Shown: positions 14,425-39,530, counted from the first letter of the whole stretch. The stretch: 63,945 bases of DNA, filler included, from Ministeria vibrans ATCC 50519 (GCA_943704425.1; 7 parts of 7 records of this genome joined end to end with filler, not necessarily neighbours in it), one strand, 5' to 3'. Notes: generated from the sequence alone by a model not told the origin. Translations and numbers: made by a program.

Positions 14425-14944
14425 ACGAAAACAAACTTCAAACAAACTGTACAACTGTACATCCACATTCCATCCCCACTTTTTCTGGGCACTGAGCACT
14501 CCCTCATGAGCACCACATGTACAATAGTCAATAAGGGATAGGCGCAATTAAGTAAATTACCGAGGTTTAACTTGAGGTAGTATAATCAAAGTAATAATAA
14601 TAATAATAATAATAATAATGATAATAATCATGGTGTTGCGTAGAAGTTGCGTATATGAGTCAGGCGCTGTGACAAAGGTTTTGGCAAAAACAGCGTCAAC
14701 GCCTGGCTGTACACCGACTTACCAGACGGCCTTGTTTGGCACAAGCAAGCCATCGCTTCGCATCATTGACCTATTATTATTACTTTGATTATACTACCTC
14801 AAGTTAAACCTCGGTAATTTACTTAATTGCGCCTATCTTATTGACTATTGTACATGTGGTGCTCATGAGGGAGTGCTCAGTGCCCAGAAAAAGTGGGGAT
14901 GATGTGGATGTACAATTGTACAGTTTGTTTGAAGTTTGTTTCGT
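14425..14944. mobile_element. Foldback/MITE-like element with ~175-bp inverted arms (14425-14600 and 14773-14944)
   Basis: The left arm ACGAAAACAAACTTCAAAC...CTTGAGGTAGTATAATCAAAGTAATAATA is the near-exact reverse complement of the right arm, with a few small indels. No coding capacity. Confidence 0.75.
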
Positions 14945-15150
14945 CTCTTATTGTTTCACAGTTTCGTAACCATGGCTCCTTTGCCCCCCCCCCCCCCCCC
15001 TTGTCGTCTCCACCGTATACAGCTGAGGCAATTTCCCACACTCTACTCCATTGAATTTCAATGAATCCAATGAAACATCGAAAACCACTGTTTTTGTACT
15101 CCGTCTGGGACACACAAGCAAGAAAAAAAATAATATAATTATTATTATAA

Positions 15151-16597
15151 TTAATACAGATGTACTTGAGGAATGATGAACAAATCAATTGGTGCCTTCG
15201 GCAAGGGTGAGGGGAAAAGACGAGACGTCGAGTCGGCTGGGTAGGAGATAGCGCCACCAGATGCGCCAGGAGCCCATGACCGCCTAAGGAGAGGTGCACT
15301 ATTAAACACATACACACGAACAAACGAGCGGACGTACTTCCATGTTGCGCAGACGCGACTTGGAGCGCCAGTGGTTGTACTCGGTGGTGGGCACGGAACG
15401 CCAGACGTAGACGCAGAGGAACTCATTCATGGTGAGGCCGGATGAGACGTGAAAGAGCATCAAGGCAAAGAGACCGCCAAGGGTGACGCACGAGACGACG
15501 CTGATCCAGAAGATGACGCGGTAGTTGACGGTGATGCCCAGACACACGTCGGGCAGGACCTCGTCAGAGGGTGCGTGGGCGCATGTGACAAATGGCTTGA
15601 GACATAGCAGGACAGCGTAGACAGTCGACAGCCAAGTGTACATAATGAAGAGGAAGAAGTAGGCGTAGTTGTCCTGGCCCACACAGTTGGCGACAAACGG
15701 ACAGTGGTGGTCCTACGCATACCATTGTGTATCATGATAGTGAGCGACGTACATGTACATACATCACACTTACAAGTCGCTCGACGCATCGGTTGCATGT
15801 GCCACAGTGGTGCGTACGAGGCGGTTTGGGCTTTTCGCAATGTGCACACAATTTCCGCACCTCACTACGGAAAAAGAGCACATGGATGTATGGATGTATG
15901 GGTAAGTAACAGCATGCTTTGGCACACACACGCTCCTTACCCAAATCGGCCACGAACTGCATCGTACGAGGGTGTTCCGGACGGCGTAAACGTCGCTACA
16001 GCGACACAACGAATCAGTCTCTCTCTCTCTCTCTCTCTCGCTCTCTCCTTGCGTATGCACTCCTTTTTGCTCGTACCCATCCAATGGTTGTAGAACATGT
16101 TGACGTTAAGCCAGATGGAAGGCCCGCCATGAAACAGAATCCAATGGGTCCACGAAGGGTCCTGGTTGCGAAAGAAGGGATAGTACACCACGACGTGCGC
16201 CATGATGGCACCCCCAATGAACCCAAGCGTCATTGCGACCAGCCCTTTCTCCGCAAAGTTCCCAAACCGGTCCATGTAGCGGTTGACTTGGACTACACCA
16301 GAATGGAAGCACAGCAGGGTGGTGGGTGTCAGTGTTGCGTCTCGTGCGATTCCAACGCAAACGCAATCGAGTGGGAAATTTGAATAGATTTCGGCTGACA
16401 CGCCATGTGTCGCGAGAGCCGCCTCACACGTTGCACGACACGTAGAATACACCGACCAGCGTACCTAGGCGTTTGGACTTCTCGGGACGGAGACCAACGT
16501 ACTGCAGCGCCGACAGAATGAGTTCGTACGCCACTGGCAGCATGTTGGCCAGCGCGACCACAAGCACCCCCATCATCACCCACGTTCCTGGCTCCAT
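15151..16597 (-). CDS. DHHC palmitoyltransferase (ZDHHC family), multi-exon
   Basis: [25 protein letters not shown]|[22 protein letters not shown], with flanking TM helices. Confidence 0.93.
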
Positions 16598-17163
16598 TTC
16601 ACACGTATTTCCACTCGCCCGATATCCAACAGCTGTTATACAAAAAAAAGTAAAGATAAAAGATGAGGGGTCTGGTGAGTCAGAACAACTTCGTCTTATC
16701 ATTGATCAGAACAACACACAAAATACAAATGAAAAACAAAAATAATCTCCTCTTTGACGCGTGCCAAGTCTAGCATCCTCAGCCGCAAGGCATCAATACG
16801 GTAGGAGACGCGATCGCCACTCCACCCTCTTGTTTTTGGGTTCTTTTTCTTGCTGAACTCCGTTCCAGCACGACCGTTTGCGCGCGTCTCAGCCCGCTCC
16901 TCTCGCCCGCCCCTCTGGCCCATCGCCTCCCTCTCTCCGATTGCTCTGCACCGCTTACTCCGTCACACCACACTTTCTTGTCACTCTTTGCATTTGAATG
17001 TTGTCTAATTCTTCATTCATTCATTCATCATTCAAAAAAAAAAAAAAAAAAAAAAGGGCCGTTNNNNNNNNNNNNNNNNNNNNNNNNNNNNNNNNNNNNN
17101 NNNNNNNTTAATTAATTAANNNNNNNNNNNNNNNNNNNNNNNNNNNNNNNNNNNNNNNNNNNN

Positions 17164-17203
<40 letters not shown>

Positions 17204-17213
<10 letters not shown>

Positions 17214-17420
17214 TGGTAGAGAAAATAAAGTGATAGAGAGAGAAAGTGATAAAGAAAATAAAGTGATAGAGAGAAACAAAGCGATAGAAAAAATAAAGTG
17301 ATAGAGAGAAACAAAGTAATAGAGAGAAACAAAGTAATAGAGAGAAACAAAGTAATAGAGAGAAACAAAGTGATAGAGAGAGAAACAAAGTGACAGAGAA
17401 AGAAACAAAGTGACAGAAAA
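17204..17420. repeat. Intronic minisatellite, ~18-nt unit AAACAAAGT(A/G)ATAGAGAG
   Basis: Tandem imperfect copies following an (AG)n run. Confidence 0.85.
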
Positions 17421-17460
17421 GTGTGTGAAAGCCGTGCAAGGCGGTGGTTGGAATACTGAC

Positions 17461-19059
17461 TTGTCAATGACAAAGAAAGCGGAGGCGACACGTCTGAAAC
17501 GGGAGTGAGCCTCGAGAATATATTCGACAATGCAGATGAAGGAGAGAGCGGTGAAGAGACGCAGGGCGATGATCCATGGGACGGGCATGGGAAGGCCTTG
17601 AACGGGGACGAGCACGAGGGCGTGGAGGGAGAGCAAGGCAAGTACGGCGGGTCCCAGGATGCGCCAGTTGAAGGGCGCCTCGCTGGACGCCTGCATGAGA
17701 CGCACAAGAAAAGGCATGTTGTCGAGCATCTCAATGCTGGCGTGCAGCGAGTACGCGCCCACCTTGAGGTCGGGGACGGGGAAAGCAGTGTTGGGCTCGC
17801 CGTGTGCATCGTCGCCAGTGGCAGTCGACGGGAAGAGAATGGAGCGCACCAGCGCAGTAGGCTTGCTGACATCCCAGCGCGGAGTGGGGTTGGGTCGCTC
17901 GGGCATGGGCATGCTGGAAGTGCGCCCGACAGCGCGATGGCCACCCAGAAGCGCACCTGAGTTGCGCCGCTCGGGCTCACTGACGTGTTGGAAGCTGCGC
18001 GACTGTGCATGTACAATGTGTCAAGTTAGATTGTGCAAGAGATATCTACTGATCATCTTACTCGGATAGGTATTTTGGTGATAGGCTCAAGACCCGAGCG
18101 ACGAACTGGAAGCACAGGAATGGGCGGCAGAGGAACAGGGACGGATGGGAGGGAAGTGTCGCTGTTGATGCAGAGTGACATAGGTCGTGGACGGACGGCC
18201 GCTGCGTTGTTGCCACGACGACGCAGGATGACTGGAGAGGTTGAGGTCTGGTAAGCCAAGTCAGCAGGATGCCAGGACAATTAAAAAAAAAAAAAAAAAA
18301 GTGCATGTAAGAAGAGGGAAAAGACAAGAGTATAACAAGACGCACGACGACAATACCTCATCAACTTCCATGACAGGATGTAGTTCGTTGTAACTGGCGC
18401 GTCTGCCACGGATGGGTCTGGGCTGGTCGAGAGTGGGAATAACGGCGGAGGACGTGAGCGGCGGCGTAGTGCCCACCGAAGCGGAGTTGGTGCTGGAGGT
18501 CGTCGGCGACGACTGTCCGTCCGATTGTGACGCAAAGCTCACGTTTCGCATCAACTCTCGATCCTCTTTCTCCTACACACGACACACAAAAGAATTTAAC
18601 AACAAGAACAAAAAATTCCACTCTACAAGAGTTGCTTTGATACGCGTTCCATCTTCTCAGCGAGTGAGACAATAAGAGCACAGCCACCGCCCTGAAAAAA
18701 GCGAGGGGACATGTGGCCGCGGTCGAGGTCGCGCTCAAGCATGAGGAAAGACGAGAAGTAGGCGACGCAGCTTTCAAAATCAGGCTCGTCGGCGATGAGC
18801 AGGTCCGGGTCAAGGATGTATGGGACGCCCAGCTGTGAGTCGGCAATCTTCATTGCCTTGGCAACCGTCTTGAGTGGATCCGCTTCGTTCAGTGAGCTCA
18901 TGTCAATGAGGCTAAACTCGGTATTGACCTTGCTCCACATGTGGTTGATGAGCGCACACAACACATCGCCCGTGTGCAACCCTGCCAGATGTTCGACGGA
19001 CATGCTCGAACAACGTGACAAAAACTGAAGTAGTCCCGCTGGTGTAGTCACTGCACACG

Positions 19060-19099
<40 letters not shown>

Positions 19100-19918
19100 C
19101 CATAAAGACAGAGAAATTAATAATGGTAAAGTAAAACATTCAGAATGTGACTGGTACCGTCCTCCTTCTCTTTGCGTCCTTTTCGAATAGTTTTGACATC
19201 GAGTCGAACAAGTCCCCATAAAATATCAAGAATAGCCTGACGATTACCCTCCACGACGGCTTGTGAATCGACAAATACGTCGAGGACATCTGGAGACACA
19301 CCAAAAAACGTGTTGAGACACAAGGCAAAAAGGTCTCTGTCAGTCTCTCTCTCTCACACACACACTCTCTGCCGTACCGTTCTCGTTGAGGAAAGCGACT
19401 GTCACGTCGACGTTCTCTCGAAAATGAAGATCCTTCTACAGCAGAGTGCAGCGGGCGGCGTCAGCGGCATTGCGCGCACCCCAGACAGCACACAGCGCAC
19501 TCACGTACCGTTGGTTTGGGCCACCAGATGTCAACAACTTCGCCCGACACCTCCTCCGCGATTTGCCCAAATATAATCCCGTCGTGCAGCTCACGGAAGA
19601 TGTCGTACACCTGGTAGTTGCGGCTGGCAAGGACAGCGTTGATCCAGCGAGAAAACACCTAAAACAAATCCCCATTTCAAAATTAAATTTTATCAATATT
19701 ATTTTGTGCTCTCAGCGAAAACACTCCTGCGAGCCCCTTACAGCGCGACGCACTGCAATGGGATCGGACGGGTCAAAGCTACTGCGACGACGCAAGCCCA
19801 TGCCGGGGTGGGAGCCGGTTGAGCTTCGGCTGCGGCCCATTCGCGGGGACAGAAGAGGCGCCGTCGGCGGAGAACTCGACGACGGCGACGGGGTCGACGC
19901 GTCCGGTGCGCCACTCAT
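17461..19918 (-). CDS. Tandem calponin-homology (CH1-CH2) protein with a Ser/Pro-rich linker and C-terminal hydrophobic helices, 3'-partial
   Basis: RRA|VFSRWINAVL..ELHDGII..RENVDVTVAFL..VVEGNRQAILDILWGLV (CH1); LHTGDVLCALIN..AMKIADSQLGVPYILDP..EPDFESCVAYFS (CH2); then two TM-like segments. Confidence 0.75.
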
Positions 19919-20135
19919 GTCGAATTGTCGATGGGTTGCAGTGTAAACACCCTCTTGCAAGTCTGAAAAAAATAATAATAAAGCGATCAGTCGACACTCG
20001 ACAGTCATCAGTCTGTCAACTCAACTCGCTTTTTGTCAATCAAAATCAAAAAAAGATAACCGATTTTTTTTTCACAGCTGAATTAAAAATAACGAAAAAA
20101 AAATAATAATAACTCTGTCTCATTGTGTTGGGCAC

Positions 20136-31748
<11,613 letters not shown>

Positions 31749-32022
31749 TATCTGTATCATTATTACAATATTACATTGTTCATGAGCGAAAGTGGAAAAT
31801 TATTATTCATAATAAATATTTTTGGTAGTCATGAGTTTAGAGTTGCCTCGACATAATCCACAGAACCTCCCCCCCCCCCCTTATAATTAGAATTCTGAAT
31901 TTTCTTCATCTTATTGGAATTAGTGGTAGAAATATAAAAATAAAATAATTATGTGACAGTTTTTCATTGCGCTTCGTTTCAAGTGCTTCTAGTGCTTTTA
32001 GTGTTTCCATGACGTTGTCGCG

Positions 32023-34065
32023 CTAGACAAAGGTGGTGGTATTTAGGGCGACGGGGACGATTTTAGTGTCAATGATCTCGCAGTTGATCTGGAGCATGGA
32101 TGAGTACGGGGCCTCGGGGTCGGGGTGCACGGCGTGCTTGAGTGGAGGTGCAGGGCGGGCCTCGGCGAGAGCGTTGGACTGAGACGGGGCGCGCGCGCTG
32201 TCCTTGGGCGCGAGAGGGTCAGCGTCGTCGGGATCGGCGGAGAGGCGCGGGACGTTGGGAAGAAGGAGTGAAATGCGCGGGCGCACGGCGTCGGTGTGAA
32301 GCAGTTGTGGGAAGAACTGGCGAACGTCAGCACAAAACATGTAAGCTGAGTCGGGGGCGCGCTCGTGGAGGCGCTCGATCCAGAGTTTGTCACGTCGAGC
32401 GCCAAGAAGTAACGGGGAAGAGTCGTCGGTGGAGGGCATGCGACGGGGTGGTGCGTTGGTGGGGGACTTGGCGCTGGGGTTGAGCCATTGGTCGATGTGA
32501 GAAACGGACGGATGAGCGGAGGATGACGACGGAGAGGACGACGACGACGACGAGGAGGAGGAGGAGGAGGAGGAGGAGGATGACGAGGAGGGTGCAGAGG
32601 CGCGCGGTGAAGGGGCAGCCGGAAGGGTCGAGGAAGACGAGGATGTGGAAGGTTGTCGTTTGAGGGAAGGGTCGTTTAAGGCGAGAAGGGCGCGGTTGAA
32701 GGAGCGCTGCTCGACCTGAATGAGTTTCGAGTGATCCGAGCCAAAGGGCACGAGACCCGTCGTATGACTGACAGATCCACCGAGGGAGCTTGAGGCGAAT
32801 GAGGGAATGATGACGGTGCCGCCAGGAAGAGAGAGACCCAAGGAGAAGACGAGAAGGAGGACGGCACAGAGGGCAATGCCGGCGGTGGCGCGACGGGTGC
32901 GCTTGCGCTGAGGGGGCGACGCGCTACCCGCGTCGCTGGTGGTGTCCGTCGTGTCGCTGTCGCTGGTATTAGAGTCATGTTCGCAGGAGCTGCGTGACCT
33001 CTTGAGGGACAAGGAGGCGGACGCTGGTAGTGGCGGAAGGTTGAGTTGTGTACGCAGTCGACGGTTTTCCTCTTCGAGTTTGGCTGCGAGTGCCTTGAAG
33101 TGGTCCCGCTCCGTGGTAGTTTCCTCGAGTTTTTGTTGAAGCACGGACACGTACTCGAGTTTGCGCTGGCGCGACTGAATGGCCGAGACGCGATTCTTCA
33201 TCATGCGGACACGGCGTTTCTCTTCGTCGCTCATGTCGGCGGTGGCATCGCTTGACGACGGGGCCACCGGGCCAACAGGAACAATGGGACGCACGCCCTT
33301 GGCAACGGCCGGAGACGTCGGCACGGCGCGGGGGGCAAGACGTTTTTAGTCAGATTTCTCAAATGTGGAAGCCAGTGTGAGGGGCGCGTGAGCAAGTGCG
33401 CCNNNNNNNNNNGGTGGTGGTGGCGGGCGGGGGCGGTGGAGGGGCGGGCGGGGTGAGAAGCGGGGAACGCAACTTGGAGGACAAGGTCGCGAAGGAAGCC
33501 AGGAAGGATTTGAGTTGTTGCGGGGGCATGTTGGGCAGGGCCATTGCCGGCGGGAGGGCTGGAGAGCGGGCGGGGCTCGAGGGTGGCGCAACTGGCCTGC
33601 ATTCGGGCGGCGTGAGGGCGGGCGTGGCGGCGACAAGCGGGCCGGTGGGAAAGGCCGCTTCGAGCGCAGCCGTGTCGGAGTCGCTGTCGGCGGGCGACGC
33701 GCCGTCGTCGTCCAACGAGCCAAGCTGGGGCAACGAGAATGGGTGGGAGGCAGTGTGAGCGTGACAGAAGACGAGAAAGAGGCTTGTGAACACAAGTCGT
33801 GAGAGAGTCGACGAAAAAAGAATTTTTTCGGTAGCACAAAACAAAGCAACGGCGAACTTGGCATGGACGCAGTGGGGAAGGGTGCATGCACATGTGATAA
33901 AGAGGATTCAGGGAGAATGGCGGCGTGGAAGCGGCTGTGCGGGCGACGAGAGTGATAATGCGTTGTGCGGCGTACCAGAGAGTCCACGTCGATGTCGCCA
34001 GCGCAATCCAGCAGGATGCTCTCGGGTGAGAGCGGGTTAGGAGTACTTTCAGATGTGTCACTCAT
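32023..34065 (-). CDS. ATF6: ATF6-like membrane-tethered bZIP transcription factor (contains a 10-N gap at 33403-33412)
   Basis: bZIP KRRVRMMKNRVSAIQSRQRKLEY; TM GIALCAVLLLVFSLGLSLP; S1P-type site RALL; luminal RPRISLLLP and MLQINCEIIDTK blocks resembling the ATF6 C-terminus. Confidence 0.85.
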
Positions 34066-34182
34066 TCGGCAGTGATGAAATAAATAAAAATGCGAAGAGT
34101 TGAATATTCGATTATCGTCGTAATCAATATAATGCAAAAAAATGAGCTGATTATTATTAAATGTATACACGTCATGATACCC

Positions 34183-37042
34183 TCAGTCGAAGGGGCGCGA
34201 ACGATGTCGGCGGACAGACGACGCGCGCGTTCTAGTGAAGTGAAGCGGAGGAAGTTTGCTTGATGTGGCGTCGAGTGATACTGGGGGATGTGGCTGGAGT
34301 TGCTGGTGAGATGAGACAGCGGCGGCCACCATAGCCTGAGCTGCCAAAGTGGTGGCGCTCATGCGACGGGTGCGACGGCCGCTGCCACCTACGCCACCCG
34401 CCATTGCTGCGTTGGAGGGGGCAGTGCTAGGCAGTGGAGGGAGCGAGGGGCTGGTGCGAGAGCTTGAGTCGCAAATCCGGGTCGGGAGAGGCGCAAGCGA
34501 AAAGTTGGATGGAGAGTGGATGGTGGGGGAGGTGGCGGAGGAGGCGGAAGAGGGCGAGAGGGAGGAAGGACTCATCGACATCCTGTTCATGGAGGACGTG
34601 GGACTCTGGGGTGCAGGGCGTGCAATAGAGTCGGCTGATATGCTGTGCATAGAGGCGGAGGAGGAAGTGGACATTAACGACGACGGGATGTGGAGGACGG
34701 GTTGGAAGGTGAGGGGGTTAACGTTAGGCCCGGACGCGTTTCGAATTGGTGAGCTCCCGAGCTGTGTGTGTCCATCATGAGTGAGGTTCACACTGACGGG
34801 CGGCGATGATACCGTTAGTACTTCGCCAAAGACGTGTCGCTGCAACGTCAGACCGCTCCGTACTTTAATCAATTGGTCCATAACAGCTCTACGTATAATA
34901 ACAATAATAATAATAATTATAATATTATAATTATATACGCAACGAGAAGATCAAAATCAATTATACAATACATAAGAGCATTGATTATATAAATAATAAT
35001 TATACAAAGACGATACTAACACACCAATGATTAGACAAAACAAAACAAAACAAAACAAAATATACAAAACAAAACAAATGTACGTACGTTGCTTCGCGGG
35101 TGAGCACACCCGTTCGCAGAGGTCCATCTGTGATACACCATTTGAGCTTGTCGATGAAACGAGTGAGGCGACGAACAGCGCCGAGAATGGCAGCGCGGGA
35201 GGGAGGGGAGAGAGAAGTGGGGGGTGGAGGGCGTGACACGGGAGAGTGGGGCTGGCCGTTTATAATGGGGTGCACGGGTCCAAGGGCGGGCGTGAGCTGC
35301 GCATGCATTGCTGTGGGTGTACTGAGCTCGCCGGTGGGTAGTGTGCTGTCGTGATCGGAGCCCGACATGGTGTCGTAGTGGAACTCGTGAGCAATGTCAG
35401 CGGCGACCGCCTGTGCGGCATGGAGAGCGAGACGCCAGCTGAAGAGCGAGTGGGCAAGGTCGAGAGAGTCGACAAAGAGGGCAGCCCAGGCGTCTTCGTT
35501 GCGGTCGTCGCGCAGGAAACCTAGCACAGCCGTGTGGCAGGCTTGAGCGAGAGATTGAGCGTGGAGATGGGCGTCGTCGTTGCTAGCGGCAATGGCGATG
35601 AGGACGGACACGAGCCGAGAGCGCACATCCTGTAGGGCCGGGCGGTAGTCATAGAGAACAAATTTGCGAGCAATGGCAACGGCCGCGATAGATTGGGCAA
35701 AAAGATCGGGACGCTCACATGGGGCAACGGTGGCCTCGGCAAGAAAAGGCACAAGAGCCTCAATCTGGTCGGGTCCTTGTTGGCAGTGGTAGCGGCACAG
35801 TACTGTGTCAAGGTAGCGCACTAAAGGAGAAGGATTTCCCTGCCGTTCGGCGGCGACAGCCATGCGCGCTCGCAGTCGCCACAGACGACGGTCGCCAATG
35901 TGCTCGACGAGGTCGATGAGCCACTGCGAGACAATGTGAGACGGAGCGGCTGTGTCGCGTAAATGAACGCACACACGCAGCCACACAGTCGATAGAAGAA
36001 TCATGGGCGGACTGCTGCTTGGGAGGGGGTTTTCTGACTGGGAGCTCGGGCACGACGACTTCGAATTAGAAGAGGTGTGCCTTTTTCCGGCATTTGTGTT
36101 GGACTTTGGCAGCAATAGTTGAGCGGGCGTTGTGATCCTAGTGTGGCATTGATGCATGTGGTTGTGGTTAATGTCACTAAAGTTGTGATTGCCCTCCTCC
36201 GGCGGATTCTCGACGTCGTCGTCGTCGTTGTTGTTGTTGTTGTTGTTGTCGACGTCGTCGTTGCTAATAAGACGAGAGTGTGGATCAGGACGTTTGCTAT
36301 AGACGACCGCGCCGGTATGCAGCTGGTCGACGCCACAATCAAGGTTAAAAAGATCATCCTGCTGCTCTACGAGGCTGATGGGCATGACAAGGAATCCTTC
36401 AGCAAAGTCACGGCCACTTTGTAGCGTTGCCCCGAGAGCGACGCAACGACCGAGGAGGTCGTCGGAACGCTCGCCCGGCTGGATGTGATGGGCGCCCATG
36501 GCGAGTGCACTGGGTGCTTGCAACCAAAGGCTGGCGGCTGCCTTGAGGATGCGCGCGTGGGCAAGGTTGTCACTCTGCGTCAATTTTAACGACGTTGTTT
36601 GGGTGCGGAAACGCGAAAGATCGTTGATGAGTTCGAGCGACGCAGAGGCAAGTCGTCGTCGAGCGACGTCGCGGGGGCTCGGCGAGAAAACACGACCGCC
36701 AGTCTTGAGGGCACTGTCGACGGCGTCGGCGCAGAGCGTGGCGACATTGGCGTTGCGACAGAGTTGTCGGGCGTGAGCGTCTTTCTCGCAAAACAGCACC
36801 AAGGCACGAAAGGCAGCGGTTGCCTCGCTGCAGTAATGGTCGTAGATGGTGGTTGAGGCACAGAACTGCTGCAATTGGCGGAGAAGGGACTCGACACGCG
36901 CGACAACATCCTCAGCGTCCATTTGTGCGAGCGAAATTTGGCGCAACACCGAACGCGGCGAAAGAAGTCCTTGCGGCCGATCCTGGCTGTCGTCTAGCCC
37001 TTCGGCCGTGTCCTCTTCGCTGATAGTCGAGCACAACAGCAT
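34183..37042 (-). CDS. Hypothetical helical (possibly ARM-like) protein with a Ser/Pro-rich tail; two exons, start uncertain
   Basis: Long ORF 35000-37081 spliced via a GT-AG intron to ORF 34183-34881. No family motif recognised. Confidence 0.6.
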
Positions 37043-37318
37043 GGCGCGGCCACGTGCGGGTTTCGGAGGCGGGGCGTGCAATTGGGCAAACTGAAACCAC
37101 AGACAGAATCAGGCGAAGAGAGGGGGGAAAGGGAAAAAGAGCGGGAGCAGGGAGAGAGCAGGCTGCGTAAAAGGCTGTGTTATGTGTGCGCGTATGCGAT
37201 GAGCGTGCAAAGCTTAAGCACTATGCGTAGCGTCGAATTTAAATGATATAATTATTCAGATTTCAGTTTGTTTCACACACAGTTTTGTTCACTTCCTGAG
37301 AGACCAACCACTGTAGAA

Positions 37319-37600
37319 ATGGCTGACATTGATGTACATGCGGATGAAGGTACGCGCGTGGGACGAGCATGATACAAACAAACACAGATACACTCATACA
37401 CAATGACTGACACACTCACTCTCTCTTTCTCTCGCACTCTCTCTCCCAACACACACACACACACACTCACTCACTCACATCAACTGGCTGGCGGTCGCGC
37501 CACTGTCTGCTGAACACACGCATGGCCTCGCCGCCCACAGCCGACCGCGAGGGCCTTGATGATGTTGCAATGGATGAGGCAGGTCAGCTCCACTTCCCGT

Positions 37601-37678
<78 letters not shown>

Positions 37679-38218
37679 CTGTTTCTGTCTCTCTCTCTCT
37701 CTCTCACTGACCTGTTCGTTTTTCTGTTCGTCTGCAGACGATTCTGGCGCGTCCGGGGCTGTGCGTCGCAAGGGCCGTGGGTTCCAGCACGGTATGCGTC
37801 TCCTGTGCGACGGGAGAAGCTCTTTTTTGCCTTTGATCTTCTCATTTTTTTTTTTTTTTTTTTTGAATATTTGTCTCTGTCGACTCACACAGGTGATGGT
37901 GATCGTTCGGGCGGTCTGAGTGAGGGACGATTTGACAGTGTAGAGAGTGATGCGAAAGCCAGCGGTCCCCAGAAGTGTATGAAGGCGATTTTGAGTTATG
38001 TTCATGATTTTTTTTTTAATTCTGCTTTCCTCTCTTTTGGCTTAGCAATTGAAGGATGGATTATTTTTGTGTCGGGAGTGCACGAGGAGGCGCAAGAGCC
38101 TGATGTGCGCAACCTGTTTGAGGAGTATGGTGCCATTAAGAACCTGCACCTGAACCTGGACCGACGAACGGGATTCTGCAAGGTAAACATGTCGGACGGT
38201 GTTGGTCGCGCTGACTGG

Positions 38219-38262
<44 letters not shown>

Positions 38263-38531
38263 GGCGTGTAGGGCTACTGTCTGATCGAGTACGAAGAACA
38301 CAAAGAGGCACTCCAAGCGGTGGAGAAGCTCAACGGAGCAGAGCTGTTAGGGCAGGTGAGAAGGCATACACGGAAGCTTTGATCGTCAGGTTCCTTCGCC
38401 TTAACCCCCCCCCCTCTGTTTTTTTTTGACAGGAATTGCATGTGGACTGGGCATTTGTGAAGACGGTCGGGGGCGGAGGCGGCGGACGCAGTGGCGGCAG
38501 ACGGAGAGGTGGTCGTCGCAGGGACGACTGA
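37319..38531 (+). CDS. RBM8A: RNA-binding protein 8A / Y14 (exon junction complex), multi-exon
   Basis: RKGRGF; GPQK|.[39 protein letters not shown]|GYCLIEY..VDWAFVK. Confidence 0.96.
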
Positions 38532-38669
38532 ACCCTCGCTCACCAAAGGGACACCTTCCTTATACACCAATTCTTTTCTTTTGTGTACTAGAAAACATAA
38601 CTAAAGCAAGCTCGGAGACGAGTGAGTGAGTGAGTTGGAAAAGAGAGGAACAAAAGGCGGTGGGTGCCT

Positions 38670-39389
38670 TCAGTTTCGGCCTGTGGAGCCGTATCCACCT
38701 GCGCCGCGTTCTGTTTCGTCGAGTGACTGTGCAAAAGGAGTGTCAGTGGATATGAGTTGCTGGCGGTCTTCTTACTTCAACTTCCGTGACGTCTGGGGTG
38801 ACAATACGCTCCAGAATCAATTGTGCCACTCGATCGCCTACTTTAACTGAGAAGAGAGCAGAATTGATACATGAACAACGTTAATCTCATGTCGTGCGGG
38901 GCACACGCATCTTTCGTTTTTGGCGACTGCATTGTTACTTTCAAAAGGTACGTCGGAAAAGTTGTAGAGAACAACACCAACGTTGCCGCGGTAATCGGCG
39001 TCGATAACACCAGCGCCTACATCGACGTGGTGCTTCCATGCGAGACTCGACCGAGGCGCTGTGTAGACAGGTACAAGGAATGAGTAGGGCGCGCACAACA
39101 GTGCAGTCTTACCCACCCGCCCATACGTTCCCTCGGGCACCGCAATGGCCAAGTCAGTCTTGGCAATGGCCTTCCCATGAGGTGCAATTGTCAGTTCCTG
39201 TGCGCTACGTACACAATGAATCATACGCAACATGAGTACGTCGTGAGCTGTTTTTTAAGTCGTGCATTTCTCACAGCACGGCATCACCTACCTGTACAAG
39301 TCGTAGCCGGCCGCAAGAGGCGAGCCGCGCGTGGGAATGCGAGCATGTTCGCTCAACTTGGAAACGCGAAAGGAGGAGGCGGAAAGCAT
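38670..39389 (-). CDS. DUT: dUTPase (trimeric), multi-exon, with an apparent 5'-UTR intron
   Basis: [17 protein letters not shown]|[39 protein letters not shown]. Confidence 0.96.
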
Positions 39390-39530
39390 CTGCGCAGAGA
39401 CGACGGGAGAGTCGCAGGGGAGGGCCGGTCACGCGTGGCGAGGATGTCTTTTCGTGTGTGCCACCACATACCTGTAGTTGTTTTTTGTTCTAGGCGAGAG
39501 GAGAGAAGAGCGGTGAGCGATCCGAGAGAA

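Noticed and set aside
14573-14582. TGAGGTAGTA matches the first 10 nt of let-7
   Set aside because: The rest of the sequence does not match let-7 and there is no short pre-miRNA stem; chance match inside the foldback arm.
38670-39389. dUTPase as a viral or retroelement gene
   Set aside because: It has several spliceosomal introns, host-like composition and housekeeping neighbours.
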